Of a DNA stretch of 64,000 nucleotides, positions 29,647 to 39,620 are shown in pieces. Both the position numbers and the translations under genes were made by a program. The DNA lies in the NCBI GenBank assembly GCA_963665665.1, contig OY762428.1:416001-480000 (forward strand), read 5' to 3'. The stretch comes from Candidatus Kapaibacterium sp. Its GTDB lineage: Bacteria; Bacteroidota; Ignavibacteria; Kapaibacteriales; UBA2268. Within the stretch, counting starts at the first letter, position 1. Each line of letters begins with the position of its first letter. The notes under the pieces were generated by a model. It was not told the DNA's origin, did no database searches, and saw nothing but the letters and a program-made list of their open reading frames with translations.

Positions 29647-31668
29647 TTATTCAGCAAGAGGACATGTAAACTTAAACGACGTTCCCTGCCCTGGTTGGCT
29701 TTCAACCCATATTTTACCGCCATTCTTCTCAACAAATTCCTTGCAAAGAATTAATCCCAGTCCGGTGCCTTTCTCGTTTTCAGTCCCGGGTTTGGAATAT
29801 TGCACATCAATCCTGAATAATTTGTCAATATCTTCCGCCGCTATTCCCACGCCGGTATCATTTATTTCAATAATTATTTTATTATTTTTTACTGAGGAAT
29901 TTAAAAATATCTTACCCCCCGAAGGAGTAAATTTAATTGCGTTTGATACAAGATTTCGAATAACTGTTGTAATCATATTTGAATCAATATTGGCAAATAA
30001 TTCACTTTCAAAATCGGTAATCAGTTCAATATTTTTCGAAGCTGCCGGGCCGGTCATTAAATTTTTATTATTTTCCAACAGATAGGCAAGGTTCGTTCTA
30101 TCAGGATTGTAATCTAACCTTCCGGTTTGTGATCGCGCCCAGTTCAATAGATTTTCAAGAAGTTCGTAGAGCTGCTTGGCAGATTGATTCATCAATGTCA
30201 GGAAATCAATTTTATCTTCTTTGGAAAGATCATCAAACTCTTTTATCAGCAGTCCGGATATTTGACGAAATGAACCAAGGGGATTTTTCAGGTCGTGGGC
30301 AATGATAGAAAAGAATTTATCCTTCGTTGCATTCAACTCTTTTAACTGCCCTTCTGATCTTGATATTTCCTGATTTTTCTCAGCCAGATCTTTATTCAAT
30401 GACTCAAGTTCAAGGAGTGCATCATTGATAATTTTATTTTTTGATTCAAGAACTACAGAATGGCGTTTTTTATTCCTATAAAAAATCATGATGACAACAA
30501 GAACAACAAAAACAAGAACCAACATAGCAGCAATAAAGTATGTAATTTTCTTTTGTAATGAATTCTCCTTTTTAAGATATTCAATTTCCTTTTCCTTAAG
30601 ATCGTTTTCACGTTGAGCTTCAAGATTAGCAATCTTAGTTTTGGTTTCACTATTGAACACAGAGTCCCTCAGGTCAACCTGCTTTTCAAAATATTTAAGT
30701 GAGTTTTCGAAATCACCTTTTGCTTTATATGCTTTGGAAAGGATTAATACATCCTGGTGATTGTTATACATCTCTCCAACTTTTTCATAATACTCAAGAG
30801 CTTGCAGAAGATATTTTATAGATTTATCGAGTAGTTGGGTTTTACTGAGTTTAAGACTTTGGCTTTTACCTTTCTGAAGATTAGTAATTGAGTCAAGGGT
30901 TTGTTTGTAATAAATATTACCGAGCCTTCCGTATGTAATTCCAATACCTCTGACATCATCATCTTTTTTATAAAAATCAATGGATTTTTGAAAATATTCT
31001 TCAGCTTTAATATAATTCATTTTTTCACTGAAAATTTCACCTATATTATGCATCGAATTCGCAATACCCTGATAATCTCTAAGTTCCTCTTTCTTTTTCA
31101 TCGATCTTTGAAACATAACCAAAGCACTGTCGTATTCCTTTTCCTGCCAATAAATTGCTCCGATATTGTTTATTGCATTAGCTATCCCTCTTACATCATT
31201 GATTTTTTCTTTTCGTGCAAGAGATTTTCTGAAATAGAGCAATGCCTTATCGTAATTTTGCAATTTCCAGTATATTGTACCAATATTGTTCAAAGCACTT
31301 GAAATACCTTTCTCATCGCCAATTTCCTCTTTTATTTTTAGTGATTTAATAAAATAATCCAGGGTTCTGTCAAAATCCGATTTAGTATAATAAGACAAAC
31401 CAATATTTAGTAGAGCTTTTGCTTCCCCGGGTTTCCAGTTCAAATCCCTCGCAAGTTTTAAAGCCTTATTTCCATATACAATACCCTTACCCGGATCCGT
31501 AGAATAATAGTGATAAGTTAATTGAACAAGTAGTGTAACTTTATTGGTATCTTCTTTCATTTTTGGCAATTCCAATAGCAGGGAATCAATCAATTCCTGG
31601 CCATGTTTTCTTGCCATTGTAGGAGTAAAAAGAACAAATATCAGTAAAAGAGTGAAAAACCTTCTCAT
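29647..31668 (-). CDS. TPR-ectodomain sensor histidine kinase
   Basis: Signal peptide, TPR repeats, TM, IAHDLKNP, NAIKFT, DTGVG, GTGLGL. Confidence 0.92.
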   Translation of the reverse strand: MRRFFTLLLIFVLFTPTMARKHGQELIDSLLLELPKMKEDTNKVTLLVQLTYHYYSTDPGKGIVYGNKALKLARDLNWKPGEAKALLNIGLSYYTKSDFDRTLDYFIKSLKIKEEIGDEKGISSALNNIGTIYWKLQNYDKALLYFRKSLARKEKINDVRGIANAINNIGAIYWQEKEYDSALVMFQRSMKKKEELRDYQGIANSMHNIGEIFSEKMNYIKAEEYFQKSIDFYKKDDDVRGIGITYGRLGNIYYKQTLDSITNLQKGKSQSLKLSKTQLLDKSIKYLLQALEYYEKVGEMYNNHQDVLILSKAYKAKGDFENSLKYFEKQVDLRDSVFNSETKTKIANLEAQRENDLKEKEIEYLKKENSLQKKITYFIAAMLVLVFVVLVVIMIFYRNKKRHSVVLESKNKIINDALLELESLNKDLAEKNQEISRSEGQLKELNATKDKFFSIIAHDLKNPLGSFRQISGLLIKEFDDLSKEDKIDFLTLMNQSAKQLYELLENLLNWARSQTGRLDYNPDRTNLAYLLENNKNLMTGPAASKNIELITDFESELFANIDSNMITTVIRNLVSNAIKFTPSGGKIFLNSSVKNNKIIIEINDTGVGIAAEDIDKLFRIDVQYSKPGTENEKGTGLGLILCKEFVEKNGGKIWVESQPGQGTSFKFTCPLAE

Positions 31669-31675
31669 TTAGCCC

Positions 31676-34156
31676 TCATATTTTTAAACCCATTACAGTT
31701 ATATCATCCCTGAACGGGATACCATTGGAGAATTTATTCAATTCCTCTGATAATATAATTCTTTTTTCATTAAAATCTATATCTCTTTCGAGTAATTCTT
31801 TTAATTTTTCTTTACCAAAGAATTCATCTTTTTCATTATTCTGATCTAATATCCCGTCGGAGAACATGAAAAGCCTTGTTTCGCTTTTTAATTCCAACGT
31901 TTGCTGTGTAAAAATTCTTTCTTTCCTTACCCTACCTCCAATACCAAATTTGTCACCCTTTATCTCTTCAATTTTCCCGTTCGTTGAATACCAAAGCGGA
32001 CGCCGTGCTCCTGCAAATACGAGTTCATCGCCTTTTATCCTTATTATTGAAAGCTCCATGCCGTCCTGCTGGCTGCCAATTTCATCCTTCTGGTGGAGGG
32101 CTTTCCTGACGAGTTCATTCAGCCTGGTTAGAATATCCCTCGGTTCAAAAATTTTATCAACCAGCACAATCTGGTTTAGCAGGTCGTAGCCGATTATCGA
32201 CATAAATGCGCCCGGTACACCATGGCCCGTGCAGTCAACAACAGCTACGAATGTATATCCCCCCGCCTGGTCCACCCAGTAGAAGTCACCGGATACAACA
32301 TCTTTGGGCTTATACAGAACAAAATGCTCCTTAAATATTTCATTCATTCTCTGGGGAAATGGCAGCATAGCTTTCTGAATTTTTTCCGCGTAGTTTATCG
32401 AGTCGGTAATTTTCAGGTGTGCCTCGGATATTGTATGATTCTTTTCAGCAAGATCGTTGTTCAATTCCTCCAGTTCTGTGTTTGCAAGGCTTATCTGCCG
32501 GTTTTTATCAGCCAGGTCATTATTCAGTGTTTCAAGTTCTATATTTGCTTCTTTGATCACCTTATTTTTTGCCGCCAGCCAGTGGTTGGATTTGCGTTTA
32601 TTTCGATAAAAAAGGAACATAACTACAAGGACAAAAAAGATAAGAGCTGACAGTGCATAAAGATAATAACTCCTGGACTGCTGATATTCATTTTCTTTTT
32701 CAAGTTTTTCTATCTCTTTTGCTTTAAGGTCATTTTCCCGTTTTGCTTCAAGATTGGCAATTTTTGTCAGGGTTTCCTCGTTGGAGATGGAATCCCTCAA
32801 TGATATATGTTCTTTATAAGCCTCCAATGCTTTCTGATAGTCTTCGATTCCTATGTAATAGTTGGATAATGCTCTAAGATTATGAGAAATGCCTTCAATA
32901 TTGTCAATCTCGCGTGATAGATCAATAGCCTTATTCGAATATTCAATTGCCTTCCGATTATTTAAAGTCTTATTTAAATTATTGGTTATACCCCGATCAT
33001 TTAATTTTTTAATTATTGAATCCTGAGATTTTTTAAAATACATACTTGCAATATTACCATACAAATATGCGATGTGCCTGCTATCATTGATTTCCTTGGC
33101 AATTTCAATCGACTTTTTATAATATTCATCAGCGATTTCGAATTCCAGCTCATCCGATGCTATCTGGGCAAGGTTATCAAGACTATGTGACATTGCAGTT
33201 TTTGCGCCTGTTTTCTCATATAGTTTCAAAGCGTCCATAAAATACTTTTTTGCCGAATCCATGTTTCCACGGTAATAATACACAGCTCCCAAATTATTTA
33301 AACATTGGGCTATCCCATTGGTAGAATTATTCTTATTAAAATTTTTCAATCCAATCTTGTAATGTTTCAGAGCTTTTGAAATATCATTCAATTCGATATA
33401 AATATTTCCGATATATAAATTAGAATTCCCTATCAATTCAGGGGCATCTATTTTCTCTGCGATAGACAAACCTTCCAGACAGTATTCAAGAGCTTTCGCA
33501 TGTTTGGATTGTCTGTACTTTGAAATCCCAATATTGCTTATAACTCTCACCATATTTATACTATCCTGTGCTTTTTTAAAATATTCCAATGCTTCAGAAT
33601 ATTGCTCAATTGATTTTTGAATTTGGTTTCTATTCGATGATGCTATTGCCAATCCGTTATATATCTTACCAAGTATTTTTGGATCCCTGTTGTATTCAAT
33701 ATTCTTCAGGGCTTGATCAAAATAATATTCAGAACTGTCGTAAATATTCTGACGGCCAAAACATATTCCAATATCACTAAAAATTATCGGGATCATATCT
33801 TCGGTATTCTTTTCCTTGGACAGGTTTAAGGTAATATTGTACAGGTTTATGGCATTTTCGAAATCAAAATTCTCTTCATAAACTGAAGCCATGGCACGGT
33901 TTGCCTTTACTATCCATTTATCGGAATTTATCTTTTCTGATAAGGAAATAGCCATTCTAATATTTTCCAAAGATTTATTCTTGTCTGACTTCATATAATA
34001 ATCAGATATACTTATCAACAGTTTTACTTTATTTGTATCTTCCTTCGCATTCGGTAATTCGGCAAGAAGAGAATCAATTTTATCCTGTCCCTGTTTTTTG
34101 GCAAAAGCAGGCGTTAACATTATTAATGCTAACAAAATGGCCAGTATGTTTTTCAT
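31676..34156 (-). CDS. TPR-TM-coiled-coil-PP2C (SpoIIE) receptor phosphatase, copy D
   Basis: Signal peptide, TPRs, TM, SINYA, VSGDFYW, DCTGHGVPGA, FSDG, DDIT. Confidence 0.92.
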   Translation of the reverse strand: MKNILAILLALIMLTPAFAKKQGQDKIDSLLAELPNAKEDTNKVKLLISISDYYMKSDKNKSLENIRMAISLSEKINSDKWIVKANRAMASVYEENFDFENAINLYNITLNLSKEKNTEDMIPIIFSDIGICFGRQNIYDSSEYYFDQALKNIEYNRDPKILGKIYNGLAIASSNRNQIQKSIEQYSEALEYFKKAQDSINMVRVISNIGISKYRQSKHAKALEYCLEGLSIAEKIDAPELIGNSNLYIGNIYIELNDISKALKHYKIGLKNFNKNNSTNGIAQCLNNLGAVYYYRGNMDSAKKYFMDALKLYEKTGAKTAMSHSLDNLAQIASDELEFEIADEYYKKSIEIAKEINDSRHIAYLYGNIASMYFKKSQDSIIKKLNDRGITNNLNKTLNNRKAIEYSNKAIDLSREIDNIEGISHNLRALSNYYIGIEDYQKALEAYKEHISLRDSISNEETLTKIANLEAKRENDLKAKEIEKLEKENEYQQSRSYYLYALSALIFFVLVVMFLFYRNKRKSNHWLAAKNKVIKEANIELETLNNDLADKNRQISLANTELEELNNDLAEKNHTISEAHLKITDSINYAEKIQKAMLPFPQRMNEIFKEHFVLYKPKDVVSGDFYWVDQAGGYTFVAVVDCTGHGVPGAFMSIIGYDLLNQIVLVDKIFEPRDILTRLNELVRKALHQKDEIGSQQDGMELSIIRIKGDELVFAGARRPLWYSTNGKIEEIKGDKFGIGGRVRKERIFTQQTLELKSETRLFMFSDGILDQNNEKDEFFGKEKLKELLERDIDFNEKRIILSEELNKFSNGIPFRDDITVMGLKI

Positions 34157-34165
34157 GTAAAACCC

Positions 34166-36406
34166 TTAAAGTTTTATTCCTAAAACAGTTATATCATCCC
34201 GAAGGCTTTCTTCTGATCTGAATTCAATAAACTCACTATTCAGGGTTTCGGAAACTGAACTTAATTGTTCACTGCTTGTAAAAATAGTCCTAAGACGTTC
34301 TTTACCAAAGAATTCCTCATTCTCATTATTCTGGTCGATAATTCCATCCGAGAACATGAAGAGTTTTGTATCCCTGTTCAATTTCAGGGATTGCTGAGTA
34401 AATACCCTTTCTTTGCGAACCCTGCCGCCAATTCCAAATTTGTCACCCTTTATCTCTTCAATTTTTCCATTCATGGAATACCACAAAGGCCTTCGTGCAC
34501 CTGCAAATATAAGCTCATCGCCTTTTATCCTGGTGATAGAAAGCTCCATGCCGTCCTGCTGGCTGCCTATTTCATCCTTCTGATGAAGGGCTTTTCGGAC
34601 AAGTTCATTCAGCCTGGTTAGAATGTCCCTCGGTTCATAAATTTTATCCACCAGCACAATCTGGTTAAGCAGGTCATAGCCGATGATTGACATGAATGCA
34701 CCTGGTACGCCATGACCGGTACAGTCAACAACAGCCACAAATGTGTACCCGCCGGACTGCTCCACCCAGTAGAAGTCCCCGGAGACAACATCCTTTGGTT
34801 TATAGATTACAAAATGTTCTTTGAACATCTCGTTCAATCTTTCCGGGAAAGGCAGCATAGCCTTCTGGATTTTTTCCGCGTAATTAATCGAATCAGTAAT
34901 TTTCTGATGTGCCTCGGATATTGTATGGTTCTTGTCGGCAAGGTCATTGTTCAATTCCTCCAGTTCGGTGTTTGCAAGGCTTATCTGCCTGTTCTTATCA
35001 GCCAGGTCATTATTGAGTGTTTCAAGTTCGGTGTTAGCTTCTTTGATCACCTTATTTTTGGCAGCAAGCCATTGATTGGATTTTCGTTTATTGCGGTAAA
35101 AGAAGAACATAACAACAAGAACAACAAAGATCAGGGCAGATAGTGCATAAAGGTAATTACTTTTTGACTCCTGATACTCCTTTTCTTTCTTCAGAATTTT
35201 AATTTCCTTTGCCTTCAACTCATTTTCTCTCTTAGCTTCCAGGTTTGCAATTTTTGTCTTTGTTTCCGATGAAGAAATTGAATCTTTTAGAATTATATGC
35301 TCCTTAAAGGCTTCAAGAGCTTTTTTGTATTCACCCTTTTCAGCAAAAACAATTGATAAATACTTAAGGTATATCTGGTAACCATCTATGTTGCCAATTT
35401 CTGAATTAATATTTGCGGCTTTTTCAAAATATTCTTTTGCTTTCTTTAAGTTATTTATTTTGTTAAAACTTATATTTAATTTTTTTCCATCAAGCTGACT
35501 AAGTACCGAGTCTTGCGTTAGATTGAAATAAACTGAACCAATATTACCGAGGGCGAATGCTATGCCATTTCTATTTCCCATTTCTTCAAAATATTTTAGA
35601 GATTTATGATGATACTCAAGTGATTTATCGTACTCTAATAAAGCACTATATGTTAGTCCGATATTTAAAAAATTTATTGCACTGCCTCTTATATCTCCGA
35701 TTTCCTCATCAAGCCTAAGAGATTTATTGTAGTATTCAAGAGCTTTTTTAAAGTTTCCTTGTTCGTGATAAGTAAGTCCAATATTACCAAGAACTCTGGC
35801 AATACCTTCTTTATTCCCGATTTCTTCATCAAGCTTTAGAGCTTTGAAATAATAATCAAGTGCTTTTTCATAATTTTTTTGCTGATCAAAAACATTTCCG
35901 ATATTCGAGTAAGTTGTTGATTGACCACGTTTATTTTCCATTTCTTCAAACATCTGTAGCACTTTAAAATAATATTCAAGTGCTTTGTCGAAATTGGATT
36001 GATTATCATATATGATTCCAATATTTCCAAGATTTTTTGCAATTTCTTGTTTATTCCCAATTTCTCTCAATATTTTTAGAGCTTTTAAAAAATTATCAAG
36101 TGCTATGTTGAAATTTGATAAAACAATATTGCATCTAGCTATTGAATTCAATGACTTAGCTTCACCTTCTTTCCAGTTCAATTCTTTTGATAGTGATAGA
36201 GCCATTTCTCCATATTCTAAACCTTTTTCAGGATTTACGAAATAGTAAGAAAGAGATAATTCATTCATAGTTTTCACCTTATTGGTATCCTCCTTCGCAT
36301 TCGGCAATTCAGCAAGAAGGGAATCGATTTTTTCCTGCCCCTGTTTCTGGGCAAAAGAGGGTGTTAGCATAATAAATGCCAGTATCAGAGGTAGCACCTT
36401 TTTCAT
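34166..36406 (-). CDS. TPR-TM-coiled-coil-PP2C receptor phosphatase, copy A
   Basis: Same architecture; likely ATG at 36406 after TAAGGATT. Confidence 0.92.
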   Translation of the reverse strand: MKKVLPLILAFIMLTPSFAQKQGQEKIDSLLAELPNAKEDTNKVKTMNELSLSYYFVNPEKGLEYGEMALSLSKELNWKEGEAKSLNSIARCNIVLSNFNIALDNFLKALKILREIGNKQEIAKNLGNIGIIYDNQSNFDKALEYYFKVLQMFEEMENKRGQSTTYSNIGNVFDQQKNYEKALDYYFKALKLDEEIGNKEGIARVLGNIGLTYHEQGNFKKALEYYNKSLRLDEEIGDIRGSAINFLNIGLTYSALLEYDKSLEYHHKSLKYFEEMGNRNGIAFALGNIGSVYFNLTQDSVLSQLDGKKLNISFNKINNLKKAKEYFEKAANINSEIGNIDGYQIYLKYLSIVFAEKGEYKKALEAFKEHIILKDSISSSETKTKIANLEAKRENELKAKEIKILKKEKEYQESKSNYLYALSALIFVVLVVMFFFYRNKRKSNQWLAAKNKVIKEANTELETLNNDLADKNRQISLANTELEELNNDLADKNHTISEAHQKITDSINYAEKIQKAMLPFPERLNEMFKEHFVIYKPKDVVSGDFYWVEQSGGYTFVAVVDCTGHGVPGAFMSIIGYDLLNQIVLVDKIYEPRDILTRLNELVRKALHQKDEIGSQQDGMELSITRIKGDELIFAGARRPLWYSMNGKIEEIKGDKFGIGGRVRKERVFTQQSLKLNRDTKLFMFSDGIIDQNNENEEFFGKERLRTIFTSSEQLSSVSETLNSEFIEFRSEESLRDDITVLGIKL

Positions 36407-39400
36407 AAACAATCCTTAAAGTTTAAATCCAAAAACAGTTATATCATCTCGGCGCTCGGTGTTGGCCGCGAATTCATCGAATTCCTCGTTCAGCTTAGCA
36501 GAAACAGATTGAAGTTCCATACTACTTTCCAGAATACCTTTCAGCCTCGCCTTGCCGAACAGATCATCTTTCTCATTATTCTGATCTATTATCCCGTCGG
36601 AGAACATGAAGAGCTTTGTTTCTCCTGTTAATTTCATGGATTGCTGGGTAAATACCCTTTCTTTGCGAACCCTGCCGCCTATTCCAAATTTATTGCCCTT
36701 GATTTCCTCAATCTTTCCATTCGTAGAATACCACAAAGGCCTTCGTGCCCCTGCAAATATAAGTTCATCGCCTTTTATCCTTATTATTGAAAGTTCCATG
36801 CCGTCCTGCTGACTGCCTATTTCATCCTTCTGATGAAGGGCTTTTCGGACAAGTTCATTCAGCCTGTAAAGTATATCTTTGGGTTCATAAACTTTATCCA
36901 CCAGTACTATCTGGTTTAGCAGGTCGTAGCCGATTATCGACATGAAGGCGCCGGGCACGCCATGGCCGGTACAATCAACCACAGCTGCAAATGTGAAACC
37001 ACCGGACTGCTCAACCCAGTAGAAGTCACCGGATACAACATCTTTGGGCTTATACAGAACAAAATGCTCTTTAAATATTTCATTCATTCTCTCAGGAAAT
37101 GGCAGCATTGCCATCTGAATTTTTTCGGCATAATTAATTGAATCAGTGATTTTCTGGTGAGCCTCGGAAATAGTGTGGTTCTTTTCGGCAAGGTCATTGT
37201 TCAATTCCTCCAGTTCTGTGTTGGCAAGGCTTATCTGCCGATTCTTATCAGCCAGGTCATTATTCAGTGTTTCAAGTTCTATATTTGCTTCTTTGATCAC
37301 CTTATTTTTTGCCGCCAGCCAGTGGTTGGATTTGCGTTTATTTCGATAAAAAAGGAACATAACTACAAGGACAACAAAGATCAGGGCAGATAGTGCATAA
37401 AGGTAATTACTTTTTGACTCCTGATACTCCTTTTCTTTCTTCAGAATTTTAATTTCCTTTGCCTTCAACTCATTTTCTCTCTTAGCTTCCAGGTTTGCAA
37501 TTTTTGTCTTTGTTTCCGATGAAGAAATTGAATCTTTTAGAATTATATGCTCCTTAAAGGCTTCAAGAGCTTTTTTGTATTCACCCTTTTCAGCAAAAAC
37601 AATTGATAAATACTTAAGGTATATCTGGTAACCATCTATGTTGCCAATTTCTGAATTAATATTTGCGGCTTTTTCAAAATATTCTTTTGCTTTCTTTAAG
37701 TTATTTATTTTGTTAAAACTTATATTTAATTTTTTTCCATCAAGCTGACTAAGTACCGAGTCTTGCGTTAGATTGAAATAAACTGAACCAATATTACCGA
37801 GGGCGAATGCTATGCCATTTCTATTTCCCATTTCTTCAAAATATTTTAGAGATTTATGATGATACTCAAGTGATTTATCGTACTCTAATAAAGCACTATA
37901 TGTTAGTCCGATATTTAAAAAATTTATTGCACTGCCTCTTATATCTCCGATTTCCTCATCAAGCCTAAGAGATTTATTGTAGTATTCAAGAGCTTTTTTA
38001 AAGTTTCCTTGTTCGTGATAAGTAAGTCCAATATTACCAAGAACTCTGGCAATACCTTCTTTATTCCCGATTTCTTCATCAAGCTTTAGAGCTTTGAAAT
38101 AATAATCAAGTGCTTTTTCATAATTTTTTTGCTGATCAAAAACATTTCCGATATTCGAGTAAGTTGTTGATTGACCACGTTTATTTTCCATTTCTTCAAA
38201 CATCTGTAGCACTTTAAAATAATATTCAAGTGCTTTGTCGAAATTGGATTGATTATCATATATGATTCCAATATTTCCAAGATTTTTTGCAATTTCTTGT
38301 TTATTCCCAATTTCTCTCAATATTTTTAGAGCTTTTAAAAAATTATCAAGTGCTATGTTGAAATTTGATAAAACAATATTGCATCTAGCTATTGAATTCA
38401 ATGACTTAGCTTCACCTTCTTTCCAGTTCAATTCTTTTGATAGTGATAGAGCCATTTCTCCATATTCTAAACCTTTTTCAGGATTTACGAAATAGTAAGA
38501 AAGAGATAATTCATTCATAGTTTTCACCTTATTGGTATCCTCCTTCGCATTCGGCAATTCAGCAAGAAGGGAATCGATTTTTTCCTGCCCCTGTTTCTGG
38601 GCAAAAGAGGGTGTTAGCATAATAAATGCCAGTATCAGAGGTAGCACCTTTTTCATAAACAATCCTTAAAGTTTAAATCCAAAAACAGTTATATCATCTC
38701 GGCGCTCGGTGTTGGCCGCAAATTCATCGAATTCCTCGTTCAGCTTAGCAGAAACAGATTGAAGTTCCATACTACTTTCCAGAATACCTTTCAGCCTCGC
38801 CTTGCCGAACAGATCATCTTTTTCATTATTCTGATCTATTATCCCGTCGGAGAACATGAAGAGCTTTGTTTCTCCTGTTAATTTCATGGATTGCTGGGTA
38901 AATACCCTTTCTTTGCGAACCCTGCCGCCTATTCCAAATTTATTGCCCTTGATTTCCTCAATCTTTCCATTCGTAGAATACCACAAAGGCCTTCGTGCCC
39001 CGGCAAATACAAGTTCATCGCCTTTTATCCTTATTATTGAAAGTTCCATGCCGTCCTGCTGACTGCCTATTTCATCCTTCTGATGAAGGGCTTTTCGGAC
39101 AAGTTCATTCAGCCTGTAAAGTATATCCCTCGGTTCAAAAATTTTATCAACCAGTACTATCTGGTTTAGCAGGTCGTAGCCGATTATCGACATGAAGGCG
39201 CCGGGCACGCCATGGCCGGTACAATCAACCACAGCTGCAAATGTGAAACCACCGGACTGCTCAACCCAGTAGAAGTCACCGGATACAACATCTTTGGGCT
39301 TATACAGAACAAAATGCTCTTTAAATATTTCATTCATTCTCTCAGGAAATGGCAGCATTGCCATCTGAATTTTTTCGGCATAATTAATTGAATCGGTTAT

Positions 39401-39620
39401 CTTCTGGTGTGCCTCGGATATAGTATGGTTCTTGTCGGCAAGGTCATTGTTCAATTCCTCCAGTTCGGTGTTTGCAAGGCTTATCTGCCTGTTCTTATCA
39501 GCCAGGTCATTATTCAGTGTTTCCAGTTCAATATTTGCTTCTTTGATAACCTTATTTTTGGCAGCAAGCCATCGATTGGATTTGCGCTTGTTGCGATAAA
39601 AAAGGAACATAACTACAAGG
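35121..39620. repeat. Direct tandem duplication with 2250-bp period
   Basis: 35121-37370 matches 37371-39620; it appears identical over the TPR part and near-identical over the PP2C part. Confidence 0.9.
36416..38656 (-). CDS. TPR-TM-coiled-coil-PP2C receptor phosphatase, copy B (chimeric)
   Basis: Ectodomain protein sequence is identical to copy A; phosphatase domain is nearly identical to copy C. Confidence 0.9.
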   Translation of the reverse strand: MKKVLPLILAFIMLTPSFAQKQGQEKIDSLLAELPNAKEDTNKVKTMNELSLSYYFVNPEKGLEYGEMALSLSKELNWKEGEAKSLNSIARCNIVLSNFNIALDNFLKALKILREIGNKQEIAKNLGNIGIIYDNQSNFDKALEYYFKVLQMFEEMENKRGQSTTYSNIGNVFDQQKNYEKALDYYFKALKLDEEIGNKEGIARVLGNIGLTYHEQGNFKKALEYYNKSLRLDEEIGDIRGSAINFLNIGLTYSALLEYDKSLEYHHKSLKYFEEMGNRNGIAFALGNIGSVYFNLTQDSVLSQLDGKKLNISFNKINNLKKAKEYFEKAANINSEIGNIDGYQIYLKYLSIVFAEKGEYKKALEAFKEHIILKDSISSSETKTKIANLEAKRENELKAKEIKILKKEKEYQESKSNYLYALSALIFVVLVVMFLFYRNKRKSNHWLAAKNKVIKEANIELETLNNDLADKNRQISLANTELEELNNDLAEKNHTISEAHQKITDSINYAEKIQMAMLPFPERMNEIFKEHFVLYKPKDVVSGDFYWVEQSGGFTFAAVVDCTGHGVPGAFMSIIGYDLLNQIVLVDKVYEPKDILYRLNELVRKALHQKDEIGSQQDGMELSIIRIKGDELIFAGARRPLWYSTNGKIEEIKGNKFGIGGRVRKERVFTQQSMKLTGETKLFMFSDGIIDQNNEKDDLFGKARLKGILESSMELQSVSAKLNEEFDEFAANTERRDDITVFGFKL

